Part shown: positions 53,424 to 64,000 of the stretch, in pieces
How positions within the stretch are numbered: the stretch's first letter is position 1
Layout: every line of letters starts with the position of its first letter
Source of the DNA: Epithemia pelagica
Taxonomy: Eukaryota > Protista > Bacillariophyta
Assembly (NCBI GenBank): GCA_946965045.2
Contig: OX337236.1
Coordinates: forward strand, 248,001-312,000
Reading direction: 5' to 3'
Length of the DNA: 64,000 nt
The notes under the pieces: model-generated
Database searches by the model: none
The model's input: the letters and a program-made list of their open reading frames with translations, nothing else
Told to the model about the DNA's origin: nothing
Translations under genes and position numbers: made by a program

Positions 53424-56133
53424 TCATTTCCCGTTTTCCAATTGGTCAAGGATGCTATAAACGTCTTCGTCCAGCCACGATTCACGAATTTGCGTCACGC
53501 CACGAATATACGTTCTGGTGGATGTCACCATCTCGGTATACACCACACAGGCAGGAGCAGGGTTCCTTCCAAACAAGGCTACACACCCGCACACAAACAG
53601 ACACAACAAGACAAATCGGAAACAGGTTAGTTTCGTCCCTTGTAGTGGAATTGCATGCAGTCCCAACATAGAACATGACTTCTTTACCTGAACTTGGATG
53701 AATGGCAACGCGTTCCTTTCCCACTTTGGTCCGATAGGGGAGTCGTTGATGTTGGGCCAGATTTCCGGACTGTCCTCGTTGGGATGTTGTCGTTGTGCTG
53801 GTTTTATCCCGCGAGGCGGCTTGGAGAAAGAGTCCGGCCGCCACGGCCCGCAAAAATTGTTCCACGTCGTCGCCCGAAGACGACTGTGTGTCCATGCCCA
53901 ACCCATTGTGGGCCGTGTCGCGTTGACAAATGGATTCCAGTTGCGCACGAATGCTAAAAGCGCGTACCATGGCCCGCCCCGAAACATAATTTTGCTGACA
54001 CCATTCTCCATGGGACAAGACAGGATGTTTCGGACCCCTACTGTTTTGTTGCTGTTGTTGTTGGAGTAACTTTTTTTGCTTCTTGTGACCCCCCGACGAG
54101 GCTGGAACATAGACAGCTTCCGTCTGCCAGGCATGGTAGACTTTGAGACCCGTCGGAATGTCTCCTTCATAACTCGAAAACCGTTGATGTCGGGATGCCG
54201 CCTTTTGCGACTCGTCCCCCGAAGGCCGATAAAAAATGTTTTCGGCCGACAAGACGGATACGGCCGTGAGCATTTCTTGCAAACATCCATGCTCGCTTCC
54301 CTTGATCAACAAATGGCCATAGATTGGATCCAGTGGCAGCTGAGCAAGCTTGCGACCGTGCGCAGTCAGCTGCACCTTTTCGTTGAGAGCACCAAGTTCA
54401 TTCAAGGTCCTGGTAGCTCTCTTCACGGCATTTAGTTCGGGAGGTGAGACAAACTGAAAGGTCGATGGATCCGATATACCCATACCAAATATTTGCAATA
54501 AAACTTGCGCAATGTCCACTCGGAATATTTCTGGTACGCTTTCGACTGGTAGGCTTTCAAAGGCGGATTGTGGATACAAGCGGAAACACGTGCCTTCTTT
54601 AATCCGACCCGCTCTCCCCGCTCGTTGTGCCGCTTGAGACTGACTAATGTTTTCCACCTTGAGAGATTCCATGCCCGTTGCCGTAATCTGGCGACACTTG
54701 TGCTTCCCGGTATCCACCACATAGCGAATATCGGGCAGTGTCACGGACGTTTCGGCAATGTTGGTGGCCAGAATAATCTTTCGATCGCATCCATAGGGTT
54801 TATCTTGGAATGCCACGATTTGTGCTTCGGGTGGCAACGAGGCATAGAGCAAACAAATCATGACATTGCCAATAAGCAAGGAGCCTCCTCCCAAGGTTTT
54901 TCTGCCCTGATAGGCAACCACTTTATCTCCCGTCCAAGTACGCTCCTTTTCCTCTTCCTCTAGATTAAAGCGCAACAAACCCGCCAAATCCTCAATCTCT
55001 TCTTGTCCCGGAAGAAACACAAGACTGCATAATAATACCGTGTGAGGACAAATGATGAGATCTACAAACGACGACACGACACACACTTGACACACAATGA
55101 CAAGTACGGACTCACATATCACCGGGTGCTTCCTGCTCGTGGATTTGAAGTATGGTGGAAAGAGCGGCATCAATGTATTCATCGACGGGTTCCCGCGTGT
55201 ACAAGAGGTCTACCGCAAATTGCCGCCCCGGTATGGAAATGGTACACACCTCGTCGGGTCCACCAAAAAAAGTTTCAAAGGTTTCCAATTGCAAGGTTGC
55301 CGACATGACCACGACACGCAAGGGAGGAGACTTGTTGTTGTTGTTGTTGTCGCCCTTATTGCGTGTTTGACAGGCCCGTTTGACGACCCCCAACAAAATA
55401 TCGGTTTGCAAGGACCGTTCGTGACTTTCATCCAAAAAAATCACCGTATATCGATTCAATTCTGGGTCCACCATGGCTTCTCGAAGAAGCATTCCATCGG
55501 TCAAATAGACAAGTTTGGTTTCATGGGGATGAGTGCAATCCTCAAACCGCACCCGATATCCCACTTGACGTCCCACGCGACAATCAGCTTCTTGTGCGAC
55601 GCGTTGGGCCAAGCTATAATGTCGTACCAGAAAAGGATTTGTGTGGATCATGAAGAAGAATCAAAAGAGACAATCAGTGGGCAACAGGAATGGTGAAAAG
55701 AGTGGTGAGGAATGTAATAAAGGCTCGACAAGACACAATAAGCGAAACACATCCACAATCGAATCCAGAGTGAGTGGACGTACGTAATGGCCGCCACCCG
55801 TCGTGGTTGTGTGACGGCGATACACCCATAAAAGGAGGCTTGTTCCAAAATATAGGCGGGAATTTGTGTGGATTTTCCACTTCCAGTACTCGCTGTAATG
55901 AGAACCACCTTAGTTTGGTTCTTGTTCTTGTTGCTGCCACCATAAATTGCTTCCACCAATTCTTGTCGGTAGGGATAGACGGGAAGATTCTTTCGATACT
56001 CGTCCAGCACACCATCCTTCTTTGGAACAGTCTCGGATGCTGACGTTGATGCTGTAGACTCTTCAAATCGTCGCTTCTTTTTCTTCTTTTTCTTCTTTTT
56101 CTTGGATGGATTCGGGAGGGAGGAGTGGTTCAT
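53424..56133 (-). CDS. DEAH-box RNA helicase (DHX33/Prp22-like); exons 56133-55784, 55613-55116, 55024-53688, 53578-53424
   Basis: [59 protein letters not shown]; three GT-AG introns with matching phase. Confidence 0.92.
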
Positions 56134-56278
56134 GGTGATGGCAACGACCGAACAAATGAATCTTTGTGCGCGAGAAAGTCTTCATGGAGGGGGAATCGCG
56201 TTTAGGTCGCTTAGGATATCCCTTTTCAGTCGCACGCGGTCTTCCGCTTTTCACGCCTTTTTATGCGGCCACACCACC
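56134..56278. promoter_or_regulatory. Probable bidirectional promoter (145 bp) between the helicase and RINT1-like genes
   Basis: Divergent ATGs at 56133 and 56279. Confidence 0.55.
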
Positions 56279-58573
56279 ATGGCAGCCACCGCCACTACAA
56301 GCAGTAGCAGCGATGCGATTCCGCCTTCGTCTCTGTTGACGAGCCTCTACCAAAATGTCTCGTCGGAACAAATTGAACACGAATTGACGAAAACGCAACA
56401 AGCCTTGGCGTTGGCAACGACCAACGACCCGGACCGTCCCGCCAACCAGGACGCAACACCAGACCATCCTATTGTAGCACGAAATCCACTGGCAGAACTT
56501 GGACTGGTGGAACAGCAAGCCAATGAGTTGTTGTTGGCCAAGGACGTGGCGTGGTGGATGGAGAGTGTCCAAACAAGGGAACTGTCCGACTCGTTCTCCC
56601 TGGTCCACGAAGCGAGTGCCTGTGAACGACTGGGTCAGTTGCTCCGTCGCCACAAGTGTCCCACCTCGAACAACAACAACACCAACGAATCATCTTCGTT
56701 GTACAGTAATTTATATCGACATGAATTCCTACCAACCTACGACTATGTTCGAACCATGTTGGTGTTGGAACTGCGAAAAGGACTGCGACACGCCCAGTAT
56801 CCGTCCCACGAAGGATGTGCCCAATTGCTCCACGAATACGAAACCGAAACCAATGATGGTGCTGCCTCCTTTTCGCGAATTGCCACAACGGCCGAATGGT
56901 TGCATCGATTGACGGCCGAACGTGATTTGGTCAACAGTCATGTGCAGGGGACCAGTCCGGCCACGTCTTCCCAAGCGGTGGACGACGTGGTGTTGGAACT
57001 CTGTCGACCCTTTGTGGAAAAGATTCGTCATCACTTTGTGGAAGGTCATGAAACGGATCGCATTGATCGATTACCGGAATGGATCTTTGCCTACGTTCGA
57101 GAACAAGTCTTTCCGGACGCTACCGATGGTCCTTGGGAATTCATTCACTATGGTTTGACACCTCGCGTGCGGCCCGGGTTGTCCTTGGACTTTGTGAATG
57201 AAATGATTCGCCTCATTCAATGGGTCTTTGGGCAACGCAACGTCTTTCGACATGGTACCTTGTGTGGTGACCATTCGCAACCCGTCTTGTTGTGCCAGGC
57301 CATTGAACAATTGTTGCAATTTGATGAGTTTTTGAGTCGCTTGACGGGTCGTCAATCGGGCCGCATTTTGAGCTTTATGGACATTTATGTGGCCGGCGAC
57401 GAGGAACTCCTCCACTGGTGGCTGGAACGAGAACGAGAAGCCGTCTTTGATTCCTTGTTGCATGGCAAAGTATTGGACAGCAACAAGCAGAATGATACCT
57501 TGCCCACTTGTCGCGTGTCGCCGCGCGCCGAACTGTTTTGTTCCCTCTTGCGATCCATGAAACGCAAGGCCACCGTCTTTTCCTTTTCCGGTCCCTACTT
57601 GAGTCATGTTGCGGCACCATTGTGTCTCCATTTCCTCGATGCCGTCCAGGATTCCGCCTCGACCCTCAAAACGGTCCTCTTTCCATCACGACGGGTACCG
57701 ACGGCCCGCGAGATTCAGTCCCATGTGACGGATTGGATCCAGCTAATCAATGGGACGCATCAAAGTGCCCAGCTTTTGTTACACAACGACAATGACGACG
57801 ACGACGAACCGGTCACGACAAAGGGAGCACGATCGGCGGCGGCACACCACGACTTGGACCGTTTTGGACAATCCTTGGAACGCTTGAAACAGGTCTTGGT
57901 GGATGAATTTACGACCCAGTTTGTCGAACACGTCTTGCTCGAAAAGGCCAAACTAGCCAGTTACCTTATGCGGGCCTCCCATTTGTTGTCCACGTATCGT
58001 ACGGACGACGACGATGACGCCATGGACGATGAATTGTCGCCCGATTTGGCCGATACACACTACATCTTGACCGCCTTTTTGCAAGCAGTCCAAGAAGAGG
58101 AGGACCCTTCCATGAGCGGCATTCCTCGCACTGTGTCCGATCCACTGTGGTTTGCCTCGCGTGCCTTGCGCGATCGGGTACTGACCGTGGTATCGGAAAA
58201 GTGTTTAGAAGTGGCCTTGGATTGGCATGGGACGACGCCCGAAGTATCGGTGGAAGGAGCACGTGTCTTTCGCTCCGACCTTGCCTTTTTGGTGGGCGAC
58301 ACTCTGGTCCTTCCACCTACCGCCATGCGATTGTTGAATGTCACTCAATGTTTGGCCATGCCCGCCTCCCAACTCAGTGTCATGGGCGATGCGCTCAGTG
58401 GTTTGGCCGGACAGCCACCACCCTTGACCGAAGACATGTTTGCCATGGATGAACGTGTTTACGAAGAAGCCATGTCCATGATTGCGGCCAAGAATATACT
58501 CTTTCTACAATTGGGTGACTTTTTATCGATTCTCAATCGCCGACATGATCTAAGCTATGTCGCGGCATACTAA
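56279..58573 (+). CDS. RINT-1/TIP20 family ER-Golgi tethering protein
   Basis: About 764 aa helical protein; FRHHF-like IRHHF and TDRIDRLPEWIF motif. Confidence 0.8.
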   Translation: MAATATTSSSSDAIPPSSLLTSLYQNVSSEQIEHELTKTQQALALATTNDPDRPANQDATPDHPIVARNPLAELGLVEQQANELLLAKDVAWWMESVQTRELSDSFSLVHEASACERLGQLLRRHKCPTSNNNNTNESSSLYSNLYRHEFLPTYDYVRTMLVLELRKGLRHAQYPSHEGCAQLLHEYETETNDGAASFSRIATTAEWLHRLTAERDLVNSHVQGTSPATSSQAVDDVVLELCRPFVEKIRHHFVEGHETDRIDRLPEWIFAYVREQVFPDATDGPWEFIHYGLTPRVRPGLSLDFVNEMIRLIQWVFGQRNVFRHGTLCGDHSQPVLLCQAIEQLLQFDEFLSRLTGRQSGRILSFMDIYVAGDEELLHWWLEREREAVFDSLLHGKVLDSNKQNDTLPTCRVSPRAELFCSLLRSMKRKATVFSFSGPYLSHVAAPLCLHFLDAVQDSASTLKTVLFPSRRVPTAREIQSHVTDWIQLINGTHQSAQLLLHNDNDDDDEPVTTKGARSAAAHHDLDRFGQSLERLKQVLVDEFTTQFVEHVLLEKAKLASYLMRASHLLSTYRTDDDDDAMDDELSPDLADTHYILTAFLQAVQEEEDPSMSGIPRTVSDPLWFASRALRDRVLTVVSEKCLEVALDWHGTTPEVSVEGARVFRSDLAFLVGDTLVLPPTAMRLLNVTQCLAMPASQLSVMGDALSGLAGQPPPLTEDMFAMDERVYEEAMSMIAAKNILFLQLGDFLSILNRRHDLSYVAAY

Positions 58574-58693
58574 TATTCCAGTCTTTTTTTCTTGCCCATT
58601 CTCAAGAATGCATTGTATTCGCATAAAAACAACTTGTGTAGGAGTGTCTATACATATACACGAGCGGCCAATGTCGGAGGAGGGCGTCGTTCC

Positions 58694-59182
58694 TTACTTG
58701 ACCCATTTGTGATCGCAGTTGCAACAAACAAAAATCAAGGCCAAGGAATCGGATTGTGCAATATCGGACTGGAAAAAGACCGCTTCATTGTGATGGCAAT
58801 TGGCACAATCTTCATTTTGACTTCTCGCCAGCGTGGGATCATCCGAGACGGCCGAAGGAACCGTGTGCAAAATATTTCCCACTTCTTTTTTCTTTTCGTT
58901 CCGATACACGAGCGGTTGATCCGACGCATCTTCTAAATGATTGCATAATCGACATCCGTACATGAGTTTCTTGTTTCGTTTGTCTTCTCGTGGATACAGC
59001 ATGGCCGAATCATTGGGACAAAATCGCATCAACAAGAGGGCTTGATGGACGCCCGTGTCCTCTCCCATGTCCAAAATATCATCCTCTTCTTCTTCTTCCT
59101 GCCCCTCCATTTCCTCATCGTCCCCATTCATTATATCGGTTGTAGCGTTCGCTTGTTGCCCTGCATCCCATCCGTCGGCCAT
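58694..59182 (-). CDS. RPB9: RNA polymerase II subunit RPB9
   Basis: MRFCPNDSAMLYPRED, CRLC, DPTLAR, CANC...EAVFFQ...FVCCNC. Confidence 0.93.
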   Translation of the reverse strand: MADGWDAGQQANATTDIMNGDDEEMEGQEEEEEDDILDMGEDTGVHQALLLMRFCPNDSAMLYPREDKRNKKLMYGCRLCNHLEDASDQPLVYRNEKKKEVGNILHTVPSAVSDDPTLARSQNEDCANCHHNEAVFFQSDIAQSDSLALIFVCCNCDHKWVK

Positions 59183-59428
59183 GCTGAGTGTTGCGGATCC
59201 CCTTTTCTCTGTTTAGTGGTTTGGGGCAAACATGAACCGGGCGTCGTCGTCGCGAAGCAAGAGGGTGGATGCTCCGGTCGCGGAACAACTTTTAGTCGCT
59301 GAAAAAAATCTGCATCCACCTCCACCTTTCGTTCGTCTTTTCGCCACATTGCCAACAATTGTATATATCTATTGTCTCGCTCTCTCTTGTCTTTCATCGC
59401 AGAGCCAAAGTAATAACTTACGACGACC

Positions 59429-60221
59429 ATGAGCAACGACTCGGACGATGCTGGGCCTCCGCTTCCCGATTTTCGATCTCCTGGAATTAAATTGCAGACG
59501 GTGGCCCCCGCCTTGGGTGTGACGGGTGCCGGTAACAACCCCGATTATCTGGATTACGATCCCAAAGCACGAGGGTTCAACACGGTATTTGCCAATGCCG
59601 GCATGGCGTACCTCATGGTAAGGAAAAGAGAGTCCATGCATCCGATATAGTAATAGGTGAAGTGTCCAACTGACCTTTGGTTTCGCGACAGGGGATTGCG
59701 GGAGGTGGCATGTACGGATTTCGACAAGGGTTGCAATCGACACCGTCGACGCGTTGGAAGGTTCAATTCAATTCCATTTTAAATCACTGTGGGAGGTATG
59801 GAAGTCGAGCCGGAAACACGCTGGGCGTGTTTGCCGTGCTGTATTCCTTGTACGAAGTCATGGCCGATCAGGTACGAATTCTCTATACGACGACGCATAT
59901 CCAAACAACCAAACCGCCAAACCCGTTCGATACAACGATTCTCATTGTGTCTCTATTGGTACTCAAATTCTTGTTTTTGTTGCAATTCACTAGTATGATT
60001 TGGAGGATCGAATGGGTGCTCGATCCATTTCCCCCTCGTTGGGTGCCTTTGTGGCACCGTGTTTGGGAGCTGTGGGGGCCGGAGTCACGTATTATGCACC
60101 ATCGGGGATCCGTGCGGCCGGATTGGCCGGTGTGATTGGATTTGCCAGTGTCGGAGCGACCTATACCATGTATTCCATGCTCGGTGTCCCCTATGGAAGT
60201 GGTGGCTTTTTGTTCTTTTAA
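59429..60221 (+). CDS. TIM23: Mitochondrial import translocase Tim17/22/23 family, likely Tim23; exons 59429-59617, 59692-59871, 59994-60221
   Basis: YLMGIAGGGMYG, NSILNHCGRYGSRAGNTLGV; two phase-0 GT-AG introns. Confidence 0.85.
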
Positions 60222-60283
60222 AAGAAACGAATGGATGGACAAAGCCAGGGTTATGAGGAGGACAAGGAGACGTGGGAGATGGA

Positions 60284-60836
60284 TTGGCACGGAAACTGTG
60301 GACATGGCATAACTGACTGTACAAATGTAACAACAACGCTGCGTGACTTTGATTACGCGACACCCTTGTGGTTTGCGAGGAGAGAAGACAATAGTCGAAC
60401 AAAACGGATGGAAGGCGATGATGTGACGCGGTCCATACCAAAAGTCTTGTTTGGACTATTGCGCATTACTATAGAGTCTTTGGTATCTCTACGGATAGTA
60501 TGCAGAATCTTTCTATATTGTGATCCTGAGGAGTACGAATGGGAAATAGGAACGTGCGTACGATCATCCGTCCATCCCTACTAGCTAGAGGGAGCTATGG
60601 TAGCTACTCCGTCTTGAATAAAAAAAGGCTCTCCGTCCTTTGTCCGTCTATCCACGAGCTTCGAAACCCTTCGTCTTGTTGGGAAAAACCACACAGCCGC
60701 AACACGTCTCCTCTCTCCTCCTCTCGCTGAATATTTCAATCATTGCCCCTTCCGTTGTCACGACTGGAATAGGATGTCTAGAACGTGCGGTCCCCCATTC
60801 CTGGCGGATATCTGCTTTACCATAGCCCCAAAGAGT
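60284..60836. repeat. Non-coding repeat X, copy 1 (diverged copy at 62856-63427)
   Basis: Shared blocks GGCATAACTGACTGTACAAATGTAACAACAAC, CGGATGGAAGGCGATGATG, TCCCCCATTCCTGGCGGATA. Confidence 0.85.
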
Positions 60837-61388
60837 TGACCCAACCTTGTCTGTACTGATGTGGAGTGACGTGGCCGATGCTGGACAGACTTCGGCGACT
60901 GACATTCGAGGTGCGACCGCACCGCCTCGTCGCGAGGCGAGCATCCGATTTTGATCCCCCAGACTCTACGACTCATTCGCAAGGTGCCGATACTTGAGAA
61001 GAGCTCACTCTTCTGGATTCCAGCATTCTTGCAGGCCTGTAAAGACGAGTTCAAGACGATCGCAACGATCTTAGCTAGTTTAAAAATTCCCCTAACCCGC
61101 CCTGGAGCCTTTCGGTTTCTGAGGCCTTCGGCAAAAGATCTGTCTGATTGTTGGATTCGGATTTTGTGAGCTCCTCAACGGACAACGGACATGACTCTTG
61201 TGACCGACGTGCGATCTCTTGGACAGGCGCGAGCTTCAGGATGTGTTCGTAGTTTCCTCTTCGGTGGCGAGGCACAGACAGTTTCTGCATGTGGGTAACC
61301 GCCCTCCCCCTCACCCTCACCCCCCCCAAAGGTTGTGTCGTCTTTCTTTTATTCATAATCCGTTGTTTCAGCTTTGCAATGAATCACC

Positions 61389-62615
61389 ATGGAGCTGCTG
61401 CACTACAAGGCCATAGTTGACAATGAAGAATGGGAGGTATCGTCTATCGAAGTGAATAGGCAGTGGAATCTAAAGGAGCTGAAATTGACGCTTCTTTCCA
61501 CGAACGATTGGGATGGAAAATCGAAAGTGTCCTTCCTCCGTGCCAGTACGAGTACCAGTGACGACAAAGGAACAAAGCAACTTGCCCTATCAACAAGATT
61601 GCCTTTCGTTCTAGAGAACAACAGCGATGATAGCCCTTTAACTGTGATAATCGTTCAGCAGCAACAGCAGCAACTGTTGTCCGTCCCTCCGGTTTTGGAA
61701 CCAGTCATTGAATTCGTAAAGAAGCAGATGGACAAACATACCGAAGATAGGGCGTTTTCAAAAGCCGGCTATACTTGGGCCCGTTTACTTTTGAATGAAA
61801 GGGGTATCCGCGTTCGAACGAACGAGGTGAATGTACAAGATGGCGAGCAAGGCGCCGAGATTGAAGCGTTCGATTGGACGTTGGAAACGAAGGACATCAA
61901 AGTTGTGCGACCTGACGAACACTACAAAACACCGTTCGCAAAGGCCTGGTTTTCTCGGAACTTTCTTCTTCCGGATGACATGTTCGGTTTGAAGGTAGTT
62001 ACTGGGAGTTCTCTCCCCGAACTTAGAGGACACACGAAAAAGGCGAATGGGAAAAGTGATCTCGTAATCGGAAAGAAAGTCGAGCTACAGGTTGCGCCCG
62101 ATCCCTATGACTTTGCTTTTGGTCTCATTGAATTGAAGCAAGATATTTTCAACCTGAATAAGGGACAGAATATTTTGGAACTGGCGTCTCTTGCAACAAT
62201 AAGCCGAGTTGGAAAGAATGTTTCTCTGTTGGCAACGGACTGCAACACGAAATGGGAGCTATTCTGGTTTGAAGACGACAAGACGATCGTTCGTGGGGTT
62301 TATCGCAGCGGCCGCAAATGCTTGGAAGATTTTCGGAAGTTTCTGGTGGGTGCAGAGAGCCGCGTCCTCCGTCCTCCACCCAAGCAATCGCGCCTTGTGC
62401 TCCCGAATTTCGAAGAGCATAATGAGGATGATATTGACCCGGACGATGAACAAAATATGGATGGATTTGACGTGGATGATCCCAAAACAGCGGCATTAGA
62501 ACGCCAGGGGCAACTCGGTGTTTTGGCCGACTATCTTGGCGATCTGTACGGCGCACGCCCTTCTGTTCCATTTTGGGCAATGGCTGAGAACACCTGCCCC
62601 GATTATTATGTGTAG
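61389..62615 (+). CDS. Crinkler-like protein: N-terminal header, polyQ linker, PD-(D/E)xK nuclease-fold C-terminus
   Basis: GKSDLVI...LIELK...QNILEL...LLATD...WELFW pattern; intronless, 408 aa. Confidence 0.75.
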   Translation: MELLHYKAIVDNEEWEVSSIEVNRQWNLKELKLTLLSTNDWDGKSKVSFLRASTSTSDDKGTKQLALSTRLPFVLENNSDDSPLTVIIVQQQQQQLLSVPPVLEPVIEFVKKQMDKHTEDRAFSKAGYTWARLLLNERGIRVRTNEVNVQDGEQGAEIEAFDWTLETKDIKVVRPDEHYKTPFAKAWFSRNFLLPDDMFGLKVVTGSSLPELRGHTKKANGKSDLVIGKKVELQVAPDPYDFAFGLIELKQDIFNLNKGQNILELASLATISRVGKNVSLLATDCNTKWELFWFEDDKTIVRGVYRSGRKCLEDFRKFLVGAESRVLRPPPKQSRLVLPNFEEHNEDDIDPDDEQNMDGFDVDDPKTAALERQGQLGVLADYLGDLYGARPSVPFWAMAENTCPDYYV

Positions 62616-62658
62616 TGTCAGCGACGACACTTGGATTCGCTACTCTAATCCATCTTTC

Positions 62659-63690
62659 GAGCTGCTTTTTGGTGGTTGGTTTGGAGACAACAATTCACAA
62701 TGCTGTTTGGATTTTTCGCCACATATTCTATGGATCATCTTATCTGAGAGATGATGAATGTGAATGCTTGTCAAAGGCCCTTGTCGTGGCTATCCATTGA
62801 TAATACACAATTAGAGAATGTGAGAGTAATAAGGAAAATGACAATACAACCCAAGTTGGCACGGAATGGTGGACACGGCATAACTGACTGTACAAATGTA
62901 ACAACAACAACGCTACGTGACTTTTACACAACACCCCTGTGCTTTGCGAGGAGAGCAGACACTAGTCAAACAAACGGATGGAAGGCGATGATGTTACGCT
63001 GTCCATACCAAAAGTCCTGTTTGGACTATTGCGTTTTAATATAGAGTCTTTGGTATCTCTATAGTACGCAGAAGAATCATTCAATATTGTGATCAGGAGG
63101 AGTACGAATGGGAAATAGGAACGTTGCATGTCGATCTTCCACTCTCTTCCGTCCATCTCTAGCTAGAGGGAGCTATGGTAGAGCAACAGCTCTACTCCTT
63201 CTTGAATCACAACCTCTCCGTCCTTGTCCTTTGTCCGTCGATACAACCACATCCACGAGCTTCGAAACCCTTCTTCTTGTTGGGAAAAACCAACAACCGC
63301 AACACGTCTCCTCTCGCTGAATATTTCAATCATTGCCCCGCTCCGTTTTCACGACTGGAATAGGATGTCAAGAACGTGCAGTCCCCCATTCCTGGCGGAT
63401 ACCTCCTTCACCGTAGCCACAAAGAGTAGTCGAAACGACCGAGGCACATTTCTCCATGGGGGACAGAAGAGAGCTCTTTTGGTGGGTTGGAGAGACGACA
63501 ATTCACAATGCTGTCTTTGGAGTTCGCCATGGTCTATCGATCTCATATCTGAGAGATGATGATGATATGAATGCTTGCCAAAGGCCCTTGTCTAGGCTAT
63601 CTAAGGATGATACACAACTAGAGAATGAGACTAGAACCCATTTAGGTTTATGAGAGTAATATAAGGATAATAACAATACAACCAGACTTG
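62659..63690. repeat. Tandem diverged repeats Z (62659-62855), X copy 2 (62856-63427) and Z copy 2 (63471-63690)
   Basis: Z copies share ACAATTCACAATGCTG, TATCTGAGAGATGATGA, AATGCTTGyCAAAGGCCCTTGTC. Confidence 0.8.
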
Positions 63691-63722
63691 GTGGCGCTCT
63701 GTTTCAAGGGATTCTTCTTCTG

Positions 63723-64000
63723 TTAGAGCATGACGACGGCAGCGTCATTTCGGGTAGTGGGAGGGAACCTTCGTGGTGGCAAATAGGGATAATTGAGGGG
63801 CGCCATGCGGGACGATTTGGTGGGATCCATGGAATGGTGTGGTGCCTGTTGTTGTTGTGGTGGCGGAGGAGGAGCATGAGGCACGGAGGGTGGAGCCGTC
63901 GGAACATTGGTTCGAAGCACAAAGCCTTCTCCATCAAAGGTCATGGTCAAACTCATTTCGCCTCGGCCGTGTAACAAGTGACTAAACAAATTGGGTCCCA
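63723..64000 (-). CDS. 3' end of a gene entering from the right edge (P/Q-rich tail)
   Basis: Frame open from the window edge to the stop at 63723. Confidence 0.4.
   Translation of the reverse strand, partial: GPNLFSHLLHGRGEMSLTMTFDGEGFVLRTNVPTAPPSVPHAPPPPPQQQQAPHHSMDPTKSSRMAPLNYPYLPPRRFPPTTRNDAAVVML

Noticed and set aside
53424-54290. 288-aa ORF as a separate gene
   Set aside because: Only 53424-53578 is used, as the last helicase exon; the rest is an alternate frame of exon 3
1-64000. rRNA, tRNA, CRISPR or prokaryotic operon features
   Set aside because: None recognised by eye; tRNAscan-SE and Infernal were not run, so small ncRNAs could be missed

Overview
Eukaryotic nuclear DNA: short GT-AG introns, about 50% GC, no operons. 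The gene families and low-complexity coding style fit a pennate diatom best (inference). Host genes: a 7TM GPCR, a 4-exon GT14 glycosyltransferase, a very large PqiA-domain membrane protein plus an inverted frameshifted partial copy, TOP6B, an LRR receptor-like gene, a CRAL-TRIO protein, a JmjC+SET-like protein, UTP6, a DEAH helicase, RINT1/TIP20, RPB9 and TIM23. Two Crinkler-type nuclease-fold genes are also present. Mobile DNA is abundant, and several boundaries can be read from the sequence. These are a 778-bp TIR element with a 9-bp TSD, a 260-bp TA-flanked MITE and a 6.2-kb Ty1/copia element (TSD ACATC, near-identical LTRs, nonsense codon in RT). There is also a 10.4-kb Ngaro-type tyrosine-recombinase retrotransposon with identical split direct repeats, nested 29 bp inside a TTAA-flanked non-autonomous DNA transposon. 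The most unusual signals are (i) two antisense cargo ORFs inside the YR retrotransposon, (ii) a BPI/LBP-like plus double-PqiA fusion protein, and (iii) a Crinkler-nuclease cassette present in one copy of a tandem repeat and absent from the next. All domain calls come from motif recognition by eye; no database searches were run.
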